Below are positions 31,529 through 41,686 of a DNA stretch of 64,000 nucleotides, piece after piece. Origin of the DNA: an uncultured delta proteobacterium. Lineage in GTDB: Bacteria > Myxococcota_A > Polyangia > Polyangiales > Polyangiaceae. How positions within the stretch are numbered: position 1 is the first letter of the stretch; each line of letters opens with the position of its first letter. Made by a program: the position numbers and the translations under genes. A model generated the notes under the pieces. The model saw only the letters and a program-made list of their open reading frames with translations. It made no database searches and was not told the origin of the DNA. The DNA is taken from contig CAVQUB010000034.1 in NCBI GenBank assembly GCA_963716725.1, positions 96,001 through 160,000 on the forward strand. Direction: 5' to 3'.

Positions 31529-32722
31529 GTGCAACGGCAGTTCGCGGCAGCGGCGCTTCTGACGGGGCTGACGGCGTCGGTCCACGCATGCTCTTCCGGG
31601 GACCGCCCGAGTCCCTTCGACGGCGCGAAGGACGCCGGCGGGGCGGGCGGCTTCGTGGGACTCGACACCGGGCTCGTCGACGGCCCTCCCTCGCCGGACG
31701 CCGACGGGCTCTGCGGCAACACCGTGATCCCGGTCGTCGTCGAGCGCCCCAACGTGTACTTCGTGGTCGACCGCTCCGGCAGCATGCAGGACCCGCTGCC
31801 GAAGAGCAGCTACAACAAATACGTCAGCGCTCGCATTGCCATGAGCAAGTTGCTGCGTTCGGTGGGGCATCGCCTGCGCTACGGCGCCGCGGTCTTCCCC
31901 ATGCCAGGCGGCACGGTGGAAGGCTGCAACGCCGGCAAGGAGATCTTCGTCACGCAAGAAGGTGATCCGCCGAGCTACGCCCAGCAGGGCCTGAACGGTC
32001 CCGTGCTGAAGAAGCTCTTGACGGTGCTCGCGGCCTACGCGCCAGAGGGCGGCACGCCGACCTCGTCCACGCTGGAGTCCCTGATCCCGACCGTCTCTGC
32101 TCTTCCCGGACAGACCTTCGTGGTGCTGGCCACGGACGGCGCTCCCAACTGCAACTCGTCGGCAAGCTGCCCGGCCTCGGAATGCACGGCCAACATCGAA
32201 GGCGCAATGCTCGATCCGACCACGCCTTGCGCGGCGCCGATCAACTGCTGCGATCCCAAGCTGGTCAGCAATGGGCCACAGTTCTGCGTCGATCGACCCG
32301 CGACCGTCGAAGCCGTGACCAAGCTCTTCAGCGCAGGCATCAAGACCTACGTGATCGGCATGCCCGGTGCCGAGGTCTACGCGAACGTGCTCAATGAGGT
32401 CGCCACCGCCGGCGGGACGGCCAAAGCCACGGCGCCTCTGTACTACTCCGTGCAAGACGAGCCGGAGCTCACGGCGTCGCTGCAAGAAATCGGGATCAAG
32501 GTCGCCGTCAGCTGCACCGTCGACTTGGGCAGCGCGCCGCCGGACAAGAATCTGGTGAACGTGTACTTCGACACCAAGCTGGTTCAGTACGATTCGACCG
32601 ACGGCTGGAGCTGGACGTCGGACAAGACCGTGGAGCTCAGCGGTGAAGCCTGCGCCAAGCTCAAGAGCGGAGACGTCTACCAAGTCCAGGTCGTGGCCGG
32701 CTGCCCGACGTCCGTGAAGTGA
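31529..32722 (+). CDS. vWA-domain lipoprotein (CglB-like)
   Basis: DRSGSM MIDAS, GGTPT, LATDGAPNC, TYVIG. Confidence 0.85.
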   Translation: MQRQFAAAALLTGLTASVHACSSGDRPSPFDGAKDAGGAGGFVGLDTGLVDGPPSPDADGLCGNTVIPVVVERPNVYFVVDRSGSMQDPLPKSSYNKYVSARIAMSKLLRSVGHRLRYGAAVFPMPGGTVEGCNAGKEIFVTQEGDPPSYAQQGLNGPVLKKLLTVLAAYAPEGGTPTSSTLESLIPTVSALPGQTFVVLATDGAPNCNSSASCPASECTANIEGAMLDPTTPCAAPINCCDPKLVSNGPQFCVDRPATVEAVTKLFSAGIKTYVIGMPGAEVYANVLNEVATAGGTAKATAPLYYSVQDEPELTASLQEIGIKVAVSCTVDLGSAPPDKNLVNVYFDTKLVQYDSTDGWSWTSDKTVELSGEACAKLKSGDVYQVQVVAGCPTSVK

Positions 32723-32754
32723 CGCGAGGCCCCAAGGCGGGTTAACATGGCAAG

Positions 32755-33033
32755 GTGGACGATCAGCCCAACCTCTCCGAGCTGCGCGACGAGATCGATC
32801 GGCTCGACGACCAGCTGCTCGACTTGCTGGGCGAGCGGCTGGCGATAGCGCTCCGAGTCGGGGAAGCCAAACGCGCCGGGGGCCTGCCGATCTACGATCC
32901 GGAGCGGGAACGCAGCATCTTTCTCAGGTTGTGCCAGCGTGCTCGAGATCCGCTCACCCCAGACGTCGTGCGCCGTATCTTCGAGCGCATCATCGACGAG
33001 ACTCGCTGGGCGGAGCAGCGCGCCAAACGCTGA
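32755..33033 (+). CDS. Chorismate mutase (AroQ type)
   Basis: LRDEIDRLD..LL.ER...VG..K....YDPERE. Confidence 0.9.
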   Translation: MDDQPNLSELRDEIDRLDDQLLDLLGERLAIALRVGEAKRAGGLPIYDPERERSIFLRLCQRARDPLTPDVVRRIFERIIDETRWAEQRAKR

Positions 33034-33035
33034 GC

Positions 33036-34286
33036 TCAGTGCAAGGTGTGCCAGCCGCCTTCGTGCTCGACGCGGGGCACCTCGATTTCTTCCACTCGCG
33101 GCTTGATGTCGACCACTTCGCTGCGTGCCTCGCGTGCAAAGACAATGCGCACTCGGCCGGCCTCAGCCTCGCGCAACCTACGGCGCAGCTCGTCCTCCGC
33201 GGCCTCCTCACGGCCCCAGCGCGCCAGGGTCACTCCCGAGCGCTTCTTGCGCCGGCGCCAGCCCCAGATGAAGAGGCCGATGGCTCCCACCCAGATCACC
33301 GTGCCGCTGAAGATCACGGGCCAGAAGGTGTAGCGACGGGCCACGTCCTCGCGCCACTCGAACTCCAGGGTCGCTAGATCGAGTCCGTACGAGTCGTTGA
33401 GCGCCCGCTCGAAGTCCTGCCCTTTGCGCACTCGCTCCACTAGGCCGGTGAATCGTTGCTGGTCCTGACGCCGGATCAAGAAGCGCACGACGTCAGCGGC
33501 CTGGGCGTAGGCCACCGAAACGCCAACCGCATCGGTGGGAAAGGTCCGCTCCAACCGGCCCAGCGGCAGCAGCTCGTCGGCCACAGTCGCGGTCCACAGC
33601 GTCTGCAGACGGGTCACCGATCCTTCTCCCGAGACGAAGACAGCGACGCCTTCGTTGAACCAGCGAGGCACGGGCCGGCCGTCGACCGCGTCGTGCAGCG
33701 CGACGTGCGCCAACTCGTGTCGGAAGACCTCACCCAAGTCGTGACGTGAGTTGGGATCGACCGGGTGCAAGGTCAGCAGCACGAAACCGATGTCCGAGTA
33801 GGCGACGCCGGCGGCATAGCGCGGGAAGGGCGCTCCTTCGGGAGCGAGGCTCGCCATCTCTCCGGGCGTGCGCGCCACATAGACAGTGACTTTGCTCAGC
33901 ACCGGGCGCCCGAAGCGCCGGACCAACTCGGCGCGCGCCGCGTCGGCCTGCGTGATCAACGGTTGCACGCGCTCGCGCAACCCCGGCTCGTAGGCGAATT
34001 TGATCCAGCCCCCGTCGTGGGTATTGAAGCCGGCCGGAGGGGGTGGGATGGCCAGCTTCGAGTCGATGCGGGGCGCGTCGGCGGGCGGCGCGTGCGTCTC
34101 GGGATCAGGACCCGCGCGCTCGGGCTCCGGAGCTGGCGGCGCCGGGGTCGACACACCGATGCGAACCGGCATGCCGGCGGGCGGCGACTCTGCGACGGCG
34201 CTGCCACCCGTCACCAGCGCGAGCACGAACGCGGCGAGCAGCAAGAGGCGGCGGAAGAAATGGGATTCGACGCGCGAAGCGCCCAT
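33036..34286 (-). CDS. Peptidase MA-like metalloprotease, membrane anchored
   Basis: HELAH, PRWFNEG, C-terminal TM. Confidence 0.82.
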   Translation of the reverse strand: MGASRVESHFFRRLLLLAAFVLALVTGGSAVAESPPAGMPVRIGVSTPAPPAPEPERAGPDPETHAPPADAPRIDSKLAIPPPPAGFNTHDGGWIKFAYEPGLRERVQPLITQADAARAELVRRFGRPVLSKVTVYVARTPGEMASLAPEGAPFPRYAAGVAYSDIGFVLLTLHPVDPNSRHDLGEVFRHELAHVALHDAVDGRPVPRWFNEGVAVFVSGEGSVTRLQTLWTATVADELLPLGRLERTFPTDAVGVSVAYAQAADVVRFLIRRQDQQRFTGLVERVRKGQDFERALNDSYGLDLATLEFEWREDVARRYTFWPVIFSGTVIWVGAIGLFIWGWRRRKKRSGVTLARWGREEAAEDELRRRLREAEAGRVRIVFAREARSEVVDIKPRVEEIEVPRVEHEGGWHTLH

Positions 34287-34320
34287 GGTCCGTTGAAGGT
34301 AAGGGCGGCAACCCACTCCG

Positions 34321-35034
34321 TCAACGTGGGTCGACGGGTCTGAGCCAGCCCGAGAGCCCGGTCAGCACCGGCGCCTGATCGGCGAGCACCCCGCGCATCT
34401 GTGCAGCTCCAAGGCCCCAGCCGAGACCCGCGGCGACGACCACGACCCAAAGCGCGGGTCCGATGCGCGCGACCAATTGCCGCGCCGGAACGAACGCTCC
34501 GACCGCGGCCAGCACCACAGACAAAAGGCCGTCGAGCACCGAGCCGCGGAGTTCCGCGCCGAGGGCGGGCAGCGCGAGCACCAAGCCCAGCGCCAGCGAG
34601 AGGGCGGCGATGACTCGGGGCGCCTGGGCGAGAGCACCCTCGCGCCCAGCCGACCAGGCGATCAAGCGCGCTGCCACCGCCGTCGCGCCGAGCACCAGCA
34701 GCGTCGCGACGATGGCAAACGTGGCGCCACCCAAGGGGCGATGGTGGGTCGCAACCTTGAGCACTCGGGCAAAGAGCATGAGCGGGGCGAGGGAGAGCGC
34801 GAGGCCGAGCGGCAAGCTCCACGCGCTCCGGGAGAGCGGACGCGCGAGTCGCCAGGCCGCGGCGACTGGCGCGATCATCAACGCCGCCGATCCCCAAAGC
34901 GCAACCCACGCGACGATCAGGCCCGCGCCACCGCCGGCCGCCCGGAGCGCCGCCGGAACCACGATCACGGCGGAGCCGAGCGTGGCGATGGCGAGACCGG
35001 TGCTCGCCGCGGCGCGCGCTTCAGCCGCGCTCAC
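34321..35034 (-). CDS. Integral membrane protein
   Basis: Multiple TM segments; GTG overlaps upstream stop. Confidence 0.65.
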   Translation of the reverse strand: MSAAEARAAASTGLAIATLGSAVIVVPAALRAAGGGAGLIVAWVALWGSAALMIAPVAAAWRLARPLSRSAWSLPLGLALSLAPLMLFARVLKVATHHRPLGGATFAIVATLLVLGATAVAARLIAWSAGREGALAQAPRVIAALSLALGLVLALPALGAELRGSVLDGLLSVVLAAVGAFVPARQLVARIGPALWVVVVAAGLGWGLGAAQMRGVLADQAPVLTGLSGWLRPVDPR

Positions 35035-36086
35035 GCCGAGCGCAGCTCCAGACGTACACGGCGTGAGGCGCCCTCGGGCAGGTAGCCGTGCTCCAGGTAC
35101 CAACGCACCGCGCGCGCGAGGGTTTGCCGTGCGGGCCGATGCTGGTAGCCGAGCTCACGCTCGGCCTTCTCGCTGCTGACCCACACGTACGCGCAGGCGT
35201 AGTCGCGAGCGAGCTTCTTGGTGATGGGCGGATCCCCGCCGAATAGCTCGGCCTTGAGCTCCATCAGCGAGCCCAAGAAGCCAATCAGGCCCGGCCCGAG
35301 CACGCGGCCCGGCAAGGCGAGCCCGGTGATGTCGGCCAAGGTGTCGATGAGCTGGTGATAGGTCACGTTCTCGCCGCCGAGCACGTAGGTCTCACCGACC
35401 TGACCCTTCTCCATGGCAGCGATGTGTCCCTCCACCACGTCGTCGACGTCCACGACGCTGAGCCCACCGTCGGTGACGGGCACGCTGAGCGACGGAGGAG
35501 TCTTCATGTAGGTGAGCAGGCTCTGACCCGTGGGCGTCGGCTTCCAGTCTCCGGGACCGTAGATAGCCGAGGGACGCACAACCACGACAGGCTCGCCCTC
35601 GTCGGCGGCTTCGAGGGCGACGCGCTCGGCCTCGAACTTCGAGAGCACGTAGGCCTCGGGATCCTTCAAGTTGAATTCATGCGTCTCGTCCATCTCTTCG
35701 GCGGCCGTCGTCGAGCCCATGGCAGCGACGCTGCTGGTGACGACTATCTTCTCGATGCCGCGACGGCGCGCCGCCTCGAGCGTCGCTCGCGTTCCCTCGA
35801 TGGCTGGCCGCAAGATGGTCTGCGGATCCGGATCCCACATCTTGAAGTTGCTCGCGACGTGGTAGAGCCGATTGCAGCTCGCGAGGGCGCGGAACACCGT
35901 GTGCTCGACGGTGATGTCACCGTAGGCCAGCCGGCAGCGATCGGTGGGCAGATCCGCCAGGTGACGCAGGCTCGATCCAGCGCGAACGAAGGCCTTGACG
36001 TGCTCGCCGCGCTCGACCAGCGCGCGCACGAGCCGCGAGCCCACGAAACCAGAGGCGCCGGTGACCAGGGTCCAGGACTGAGCCAT
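35031..36086 (-). CDS. NAD-dependent epimerase/dehydratase (HpnA/DFR-like)
   Basis: VTGASGFVG, TSS, YVLSK, YGPGD.KPTPTG. Confidence 0.88.
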   Translation of the reverse strand: MAQSWTLVTGASGFVGSRLVRALVERGEHVKAFVRAGSSLRHLADLPTDRCRLAYGDITVEHTVFRALASCNRLYHVASNFKMWDPDPQTILRPAIEGTRATLEAARRRGIEKIVVTSSVAAMGSTTAAEEMDETHEFNLKDPEAYVLSKFEAERVALEAADEGEPVVVVRPSAIYGPGDWKPTPTGQSLLTYMKTPPSLSVPVTDGGLSVVDVDDVVEGHIAAMEKGQVGETYVLGGENVTYHQLIDTLADITGLALPGRVLGPGLIGFLGSLMELKAELFGGDPPITKKLARDYACAYVWVSSEKAERELGYQHRPARQTLARAVRWYLEHGYLPEGASRRVRLELRSA

Positions 36087-36130
36087 GCAGAGCTACCTAC
36101 CATCGGGCCCGCACGGCTGTCAGCCCAAGC

Positions 36131-38596
36131 TCATTTCCGGCCGCGGGTCCGCGTGCCGCAGGTCGGCGGGGACTCGAGCGCGGCCTGCGCGGCCCGCCGC
36201 ACCATCGGGGGCGCGGCCTCACTGGTGAGACGACGAAGTCGCTTGGGCAAGTCCGCGGGTCGGATCCGCGACAGCGCGCCGAGCGCCACCGGTCCGAGGG
36301 CGCGCGCCTCGGCGCTGGCTGCAGGGCTCGCGAGCTCGAGGGCGATCTGGGTGAGCAGGTCGACGGATCCGGCGTCGCACATCAGCCCGAGCGAGAGCCC
36401 CGCCGCGAGCCGGACATCCAGGACCTCGTCCGCGTCCTCGAGCCGCTCCCGCACCGCGTCGGCGTGAGCGTTGCCCCGCCGATCGCCGAGCGCGATGGCC
36501 GCCGGCGCACGGACCTTCGGCGACTCATCGCGGAGTGCACGTGCCAACGCGGCGTCCGCCGCCGGACTCGCGCGGTGTTGGGCCAGGGCGACGGCCGCAG
36601 CGGCTCGGACCATGGGCCAGCGATCACTTTGCAGCAGCGAGGACGCCGCATCCAGGGCGAACGATCCCTGAGGTTTGGTCAGATTCTCGAGCGCATATTC
36701 CCGCACCCGCACCTCGCGGTCGGCGAGCGCATGCAACAACTCCTTTTCGAACGCTTCCACGCGGGGGACTCGTCGCGCGGCCTCTGCCCGAACGTGATGA
36801 CTCGGATCGGAGACGATGGCCCGGGCCAAGAGCGCGCGGGCTCCCGCGTCGCGCGCCGAGAGTGCCGCGGCCGGACCGAGCACCAGGTAGCGCGTGCGGA
36901 AGTCGGCGCCGGGTTTCGAGATGCGTGAGAGCGCCGCGCTCGCTTCCGGTGCGAAGGCCGGCGCGCGATCGCCGAGCGACCTCAAGAGATCGAGAGTCGC
37001 CAGCTCGGGCAGGCTCAGATCGGAGAGCAGACGCCGCACCTCGGTGGCCGCCTTGGGATCACGGGTGGCCCAGCCGAGCGCCTTGCGCAAGAGTCGGCGA
37101 CCACGCGGGTCGCTCGCCGGCAGCATGGGCACGACCAGGCGCACCGCGCGCTCCGGGGCGACCAACGACAGCTCCGACGCGAGCAGCGGACGCAGCCGGG
37201 GCGTCGCCGCGACGAGGGCCTTCTCCAGAGCGTCGGCGGCGTCGGTGCCGCATCGCCTCAGGCGATCGCGCCCGTGGCGCCGTTGCGCCGGAAAGGGGCC
37301 GGTGAGCGCTCGCAGATAGAGCGCGACGCCCGCCGAGCAGGGCGACTGATCGATCACCGCCAGCGCGACGCGTCGCCCGCCTTCGTCGAGGCTATCGAAG
37401 GCCTTGTGGATCGGCTCCACCGCCGCGGCTCCAAGCGCCCTCAGCGCGTCCGCCGCGGCCTCGGCCCGCGGTCCTCCGCCTGCCAACGCGCCGACCAGGC
37501 TGTCCACCGTGTTCCGATCGAACTCGGTGCGCGCCGTGAGCTCGGCAAAGGTCACCCGGGAGTCCGCGGTCGCTCCCTGAGCGCCCTCCACCACCAGCGC
37601 GAGGCAGTCGTCGCGGATCGGTGCATCGAGCGCGATCTCGAAGCGCGCGCCGGGCACCTTCCACGCGTCGGCAGGCAGTGTGACGTGGATCAGCGTGTCG
37701 TGAGTCGCCAGCCAGAAGTCCGAGGCTGCGACGCCCTTGTCCGGCGCCACGCCCGGCGGCCGTAGCACCAACTCGAAGCCGTGGATGGGGAGCTGCGACG
37801 GCGCGTCCATCAGCACGAACTCGCCGCGGCCCTCGCCACCTCGGTTCTCGGCCCAGGTCGTCTCCGGCTTTCCGTCGGTGAGCGCTCCCGGATCGCCGAT
37901 GGCGCTCGAGGCTGCCGTCGCACGCAGCAAGCGGTAGGTCGCGCGTGGCGCGTCGTCCGCCAGGAGTCGCGCCGTCACTTGGCGCGCGCGGTCGCGCTCT
38001 GCGGATCCAAGCCGCTGCACCTTGGCGGGTTTCAGCGTCAGATCAGCGGCGACGATTTTAGGCGCGAGGATGGCGGCTCGTCCGCACAGTGAGAGATCCT
38101 CGCGCTGCTCGCCGATGGCGATGCTCCAGGTGCCGTCCGCGTTGGGATCACCGCGTTGCACCATGGGACCGCGCCGTGCTCCGGGCTCTCCCTCGAGCAA
38201 CCCGGCCCAGCCCTTGAACAGGACCTTGGGCGCGTTGCCGCCGTCGATGGGCGCGGCGACCAGGGCATGCCATGTGCGCGCGCGGCTCGCGTCGGCGATC
38301 TCGATGCTGATCAAGCGCCGCGCCTTCGCGATCCGCACGACGGCGAGCTTCGCCCTGCCGGCCAGCGACCTCGCGTCGGCGGGCAGCTCGAGATCCACGG
38401 CGCCTCGCCCGTCGAGCGCGCACGGACCCTTCGGGCAGACCGCTGCCCGCAAGCTCTCGTCAGCAGCGAAACCGAAGCTGAGCGCCGCCTGTCGATCCCC
38501 CGCTGGCGCGTGCGCCACCACCGGTTTCAGCTTCTGCGCGCGCGCCGGCGCCGCGAGGCACAAGAGCACCGCGAGGGGGAACGGCCAGGCGCGCAC
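36131..38596 (-). CDS. Secreted HEAT-repeat protein with discoidin-like segment
   Basis: Signal peptide; LTDGKPETTWAE; D..P.VR.AAA repeats. Confidence 0.75.
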   Translation of the reverse strand: MRAWPFPLAVLLCLAAPARAQKLKPVVAHAPAGDRQAALSFGFAADESLRAAVCPKGPCALDGRGAVDLELPADARSLAGRAKLAVVRIAKARRLISIEIADASRARTWHALVAAPIDGGNAPKVLFKGWAGLLEGEPGARRGPMVQRGDPNADGTWSIAIGEQREDLSLCGRAAILAPKIVAADLTLKPAKVQRLGSAERDRARQVTARLLADDAPRATYRLLRATAASSAIGDPGALTDGKPETTWAENRGGEGRGEFVLMDAPSQLPIHGFELVLRPPGVAPDKGVAASDFWLATHDTLIHVTLPADAWKVPGARFEIALDAPIRDDCLALVVEGAQGATADSRVTFAELTARTEFDRNTVDSLVGALAGGGPRAEAAADALRALGAAAVEPIHKAFDSLDEGGRRVALAVIDQSPCSAGVALYLRALTGPFPAQRRHGRDRLRRCGTDAADALEKALVAATPRLRPLLASELSLVAPERAVRLVVPMLPASDPRGRRLLRKALGWATRDPKAATEVRRLLSDLSLPELATLDLLRSLGDRAPAFAPEASAALSRISKPGADFRTRYLVLGPAAALSARDAGARALLARAIVSDPSHHVRAEAARRVPRVEAFEKELLHALADREVRVREYALENLTKPQGSFALDAASSLLQSDRWPMVRAAAAVALAQHRASPAADAALARALRDESPKVRAPAAIALGDRRGNAHADAVRERLEDADEVLDVRLAAGLSLGLMCDAGSVDLLTQIALELASPAASAEARALGPVALGALSRIRPADLPKRLRRLTSEAAPPMVRRAAQAALESPPTCGTRTRGRK

Positions 38597-38608
38597 GCGG
38601 CGATTGAA

Positions 38609-39517
38609 TCAGGAGTCGGCGGGCTGCGCCAGCTTGCGAGACCACAAGAAGGCGTCGACGCGACGTGGTCCCAGGGCGATGTGGCCGCGCAGGGTGCCCG
38701 TGCGGCGGAAGCCGTGGAGCGGGAACACCGCCGACATACGCTGATCGTCGGCGGGGCTGAGCGCAAAACAGCCAACCACCTCGCGACGCAGCAGCTCGTC
38801 GCAGAGCAGCCTCACGGCAGCGGAGGTGAGGGCCAGCTCTTTGTCGGTCTTGGGCGCGGTCAACAGCTCGAGGAAGGCGTTGTTGAAGCAAGCCTGGGTC
38901 TCCACCGATGCCCAGAGCGACAGCCCGCCCCGCGCGGTGCATTGGAAGGTGCTGCGGATCACGTCGCGCCCGAAGGGCTCGAAGCCGGTGAGGGCACGAC
39001 CCGATCGAAGGGCGGCGGCCACGGGTTTGTCGGCGTCCGCCGGCTTGACCTGCGAGAGCTTCGCCGCGATGGCCGGCAGCGCCTCGACGTCTTTGATGGC
39101 GCGCCGCACGGCTTGATACGCGCGATCGGTCTCGAGGTCTTCGCCGCTCTCCGTCAACGCAGGTCGGGTGCCCGACTGTTCGTTCTCCTCGTACGCGTTG
39201 TCACCGCCGACGATCGTGCCAAGCACGAAGGCGTCGCTGCGTTTGTAGAAGCCTGGGATGTTTCCCTCTCGAGCGAACCCCATGCGCGTCCAGGCCGCAC
39301 ACTCGTCACGCTCGACCAAGGTGTAGATGCGCTCGGCCCCCTCGCGTCGGGCGGCGCCCAGCACCAAGGCGCGCTTGACCGGGCTGGGCCCACTGCGAAA
39401 GTCGACGACTCGGAGGCTGCGGGCGCGCCGATTGACGAGCAGGCACAGCGAGACGTTGGGCTTGTAGATGAATATCTCTTCGGAAATAGGCTGAGCGGAC
39501 GGAGTGTGAGCAGGCAT
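38609..39517 (-). CDS. GNAT-like hypothetical protein
   Basis: MGFAREGNIPGFY and GFRRTGTLRGH; GAGGGG RBS. Confidence 0.65.
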   Translation of the reverse strand: MPAHTPSAQPISEEIFIYKPNVSLCLLVNRRARSLRVVDFRSGPSPVKRALVLGAARREGAERIYTLVERDECAAWTRMGFAREGNIPGFYKRSDAFVLGTIVGGDNAYEENEQSGTRPALTESGEDLETDRAYQAVRRAIKDVEALPAIAAKLSQVKPADADKPVAAALRSGRALTGFEPFGRDVIRSTFQCTARGGLSLWASVETQACFNNAFLELLTAPKTDKELALTSAAVRLLCDELLRREVVGCFALSPADDQRMSAVFPLHGFRRTGTLRGHIALGPRRVDAFLWSRKLAQPADS

Positions 39518-39675
39518 CGACCCCCCTCGAGGCTGCAGAAGCTGGTGGGTCCGACCAGACTTCGCGTGGTTGAACGCTCCAGGCGGGAGCGCGCTTTCAA
39601 AACTGCAACGCCGCGTAGCATGGGCAATGCGTTCGAGCAACGCACGCCCGAAGCTCGCGTGACGCGGCGCGCTAC

Positions 39676-40575
39676 TCAGGAATAGCGCTGTGCGAACGCG
39701 GCATCGGCGCCGAGCGCGCCGAGCACCACCGGCAGCTGCTTGAGCGGCAACGACACCCGGGTGGGCATGCCGCCGGCCAGCCCGAACAGCGTGAGGAAGT
39801 TCCGCCCGCTGTCGAAGCGTGCGGCGATCGCCACGTTGTTCGAATCGATCACCACGCTGACCGCCTCGCGTTCTTGTCCCAAGAGCAGCAACAGGGTCTT
39901 GTCGAGCTTGCCGAATCCCTGTCGCACGTCGACCACCGCGATTCCCGGCGGGATCCGTTCGTAGCCCTGGGCGGCGCGCCGAGTCTCTTGTTCGACCGGG
40001 ATCAGCTCTGCGGCGGCGCGATCGACCATTTCCCACAGGCTGGCGTCCGCGAGTCCCGTGGCGAGGTGGCGCACGATCAAGCCGAGCAAGCCCAAGTCGT
40101 TGTGCCGCGCGCGCAGGGCCCGGTCGAAGCGAACCGCGACGGCGCTGGGTTCGCCGATTCGGGTGTCGATGGCGCGGGCGTCGTCGTCGCAACCCGGGTA
40201 GGGCTCGATGCCTTCACGGATCCACTTGGCCGCGCTCGCGAGCCCGTCGAAGTCGGTGTGGCAAACGATGGTCTCGATGGGCCCAACGCGCGCCACCAGC
40301 GCTGGGTCGATCATTTCAGGGCAGGCGCCGTGCTCCGACTTCTTGGCCAGCACAAAGCGCGGATCGTTGGCGAACCTCGGGTGTTCGTCGTGGTCGTGGT
40401 GATCGACCCAGGCCCGAAGGCGGTCGCCCAGCGCTTCGATGAAGGGCAACGTCACCTTCTCGAAGCCGGATCCGAGCCCGGCGAAGGCCACGTCGACGAC
40501 CACCACCCGCCCAGAAAGCTGCTGGGGTTTCGGCAGCTTGCGCGGCGTCGTGAAGGAAAGCGCTGGAGTGAGCAT
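39676..40575 (-). CDS. DHH family phosphoesterase
   Basis: WVDHHDH, HTDFDG. Confidence 0.75.
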   Translation of the reverse strand: MLTPALSFTTPRKLPKPQQLSGRVVVVDVAFAGLGSGFEKVTLPFIEALGDRLRAWVDHHDHDEHPRFANDPRFVLAKKSEHGACPEMIDPALVARVGPIETIVCHTDFDGLASAAKWIREGIEPYPGCDDDARAIDTRIGEPSAVAVRFDRALRARHNDLGLLGLIVRHLATGLADASLWEMVDRAAAELIPVEQETRRAAQGYERIPPGIAVVDVRQGFGKLDKTLLLLLGQEREAVSVVIDSNNVAIAARFDSGRNFLTLFGLAGGMPTRVSLPLKQLPVVLGALGADAAFAQRYS

Positions 40576-40638
40576 CGGTTGGCGACCAAGCGCCGTCCAA
40601 CGACGGACATGACAGGCGCCCGGAGCTGGAGCAGAACA

Positions 40639-41682
40639 ATGCGTAGCATGCTTTCCGTCCCAAAGACTGCCACGGCCACGATCTGCACCGCCCTCGCGGT
40701 CGCAGTCACGGTCACGGTCACGGCCGCACCCGCCAAAGCCGACGCCATTCAGACCGGGTCGTGCTCGCTCACTGGCAGCTCGCTGCCGGCGATCGACACG
40801 CTCATTTACGAAAAGTCCAGCGGCGGAGACCCCATCGCTCGGCTCACAGGCGCGAAGATCGGGCTCGTGGCGTCAGACTTCTTCGCGGGCGCGAGCGACC
40901 GGGTGCATGTCAAGACCAGCGTGGGTGCGGGTAGTTTCCGCATCGAGGGGTGGATCGACGCCAAACGGCTGCCGGTCTTCACCAACAAGAACGTTCCGGT
41001 AGTGCAGAGCCACATCTGGATCGGCGCCCTGCGCGAGGTGACGGTCATCGGCGCGGGCAGCGGCAAGCTCAGGGTGAAGCGGCAGGTGGGCCTTCCCTTC
41101 AACCAAGCCTTCACGGGTTGGGCCGACTGCAGCGCGCTCTCGCTGGCGGCCACCGCGCCCAGCGGCTGGACGCCGACGGGAAACGCCAGGGCCTACGTCG
41201 CCAAGAAGGACGTCGAACTCTACGACAGCGGCGACGACGGTCGGAACCTGATCACGCTCCTCAGCCCCGATTCGAAGGGCAACGGGATCGTGCTCTGGAG
41301 CACCGAAAAGAAGGGGGGATGGGTGCGCTTGGTGCATCAGTCCGAGGTGGTGATCGACGCCTGGGCGCGCACGAAGGATCTGAAGGAGCTGCCCCGCGGG
41401 GAGCTGCAGGACTCCCACCCCCCGTCCACCAGCCGGCGCAGCCCACCGGCGCTGAAGCTCAGCGGCAAGGCCAACTCGGCGACGGCCCCGAAGGACATCG
41501 AGATCCGGGCCAGCGCCAGCGACAAGGGCAAGCTCATCGGAACCCTCGAGGCCGGCGCGGAGGTCTACGTGCTGGACATCGTCGCGGGCTGGGCCAGCGT
41601 GCTGCCCAAGGTGCTGAACGTGGCGCCGCACGGCGAGGGTCAGTTCTGGGTCAAGGCCTCGACCCTGGGCGTCCTTCCTTGA
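40639..41682 (+). CDS. Secreted protein with SH3-like domains
   Basis: Signal peptide; IRASAS..IGTLEAGAEV..GWASV. Confidence 0.65.
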   Translation: MRSMLSVPKTATATICTALAVAVTVTVTAAPAKADAIQTGSCSLTGSSLPAIDTLIYEKSSGGDPIARLTGAKIGLVASDFFAGASDRVHVKTSVGAGSFRIEGWIDAKRLPVFTNKNVPVVQSHIWIGALREVTVIGAGSGKLRVKRQVGLPFNQAFTGWADCSALSLAATAPSGWTPTGNARAYVAKKDVELYDSGDDGRNLITLLSPDSKGNGIVLWSTEKKGGWVRLVHQSEVVIDAWARTKDLKELPRGELQDSHPPSTSRRSPPALKLSGKANSATAPKDIEIRASASDKGKLIGTLEAGAEVYVLDIVAGWASVLPKVLNVAPHGEGQFWVKASTLGVLP

Positions 41683-41686
41683 GGTC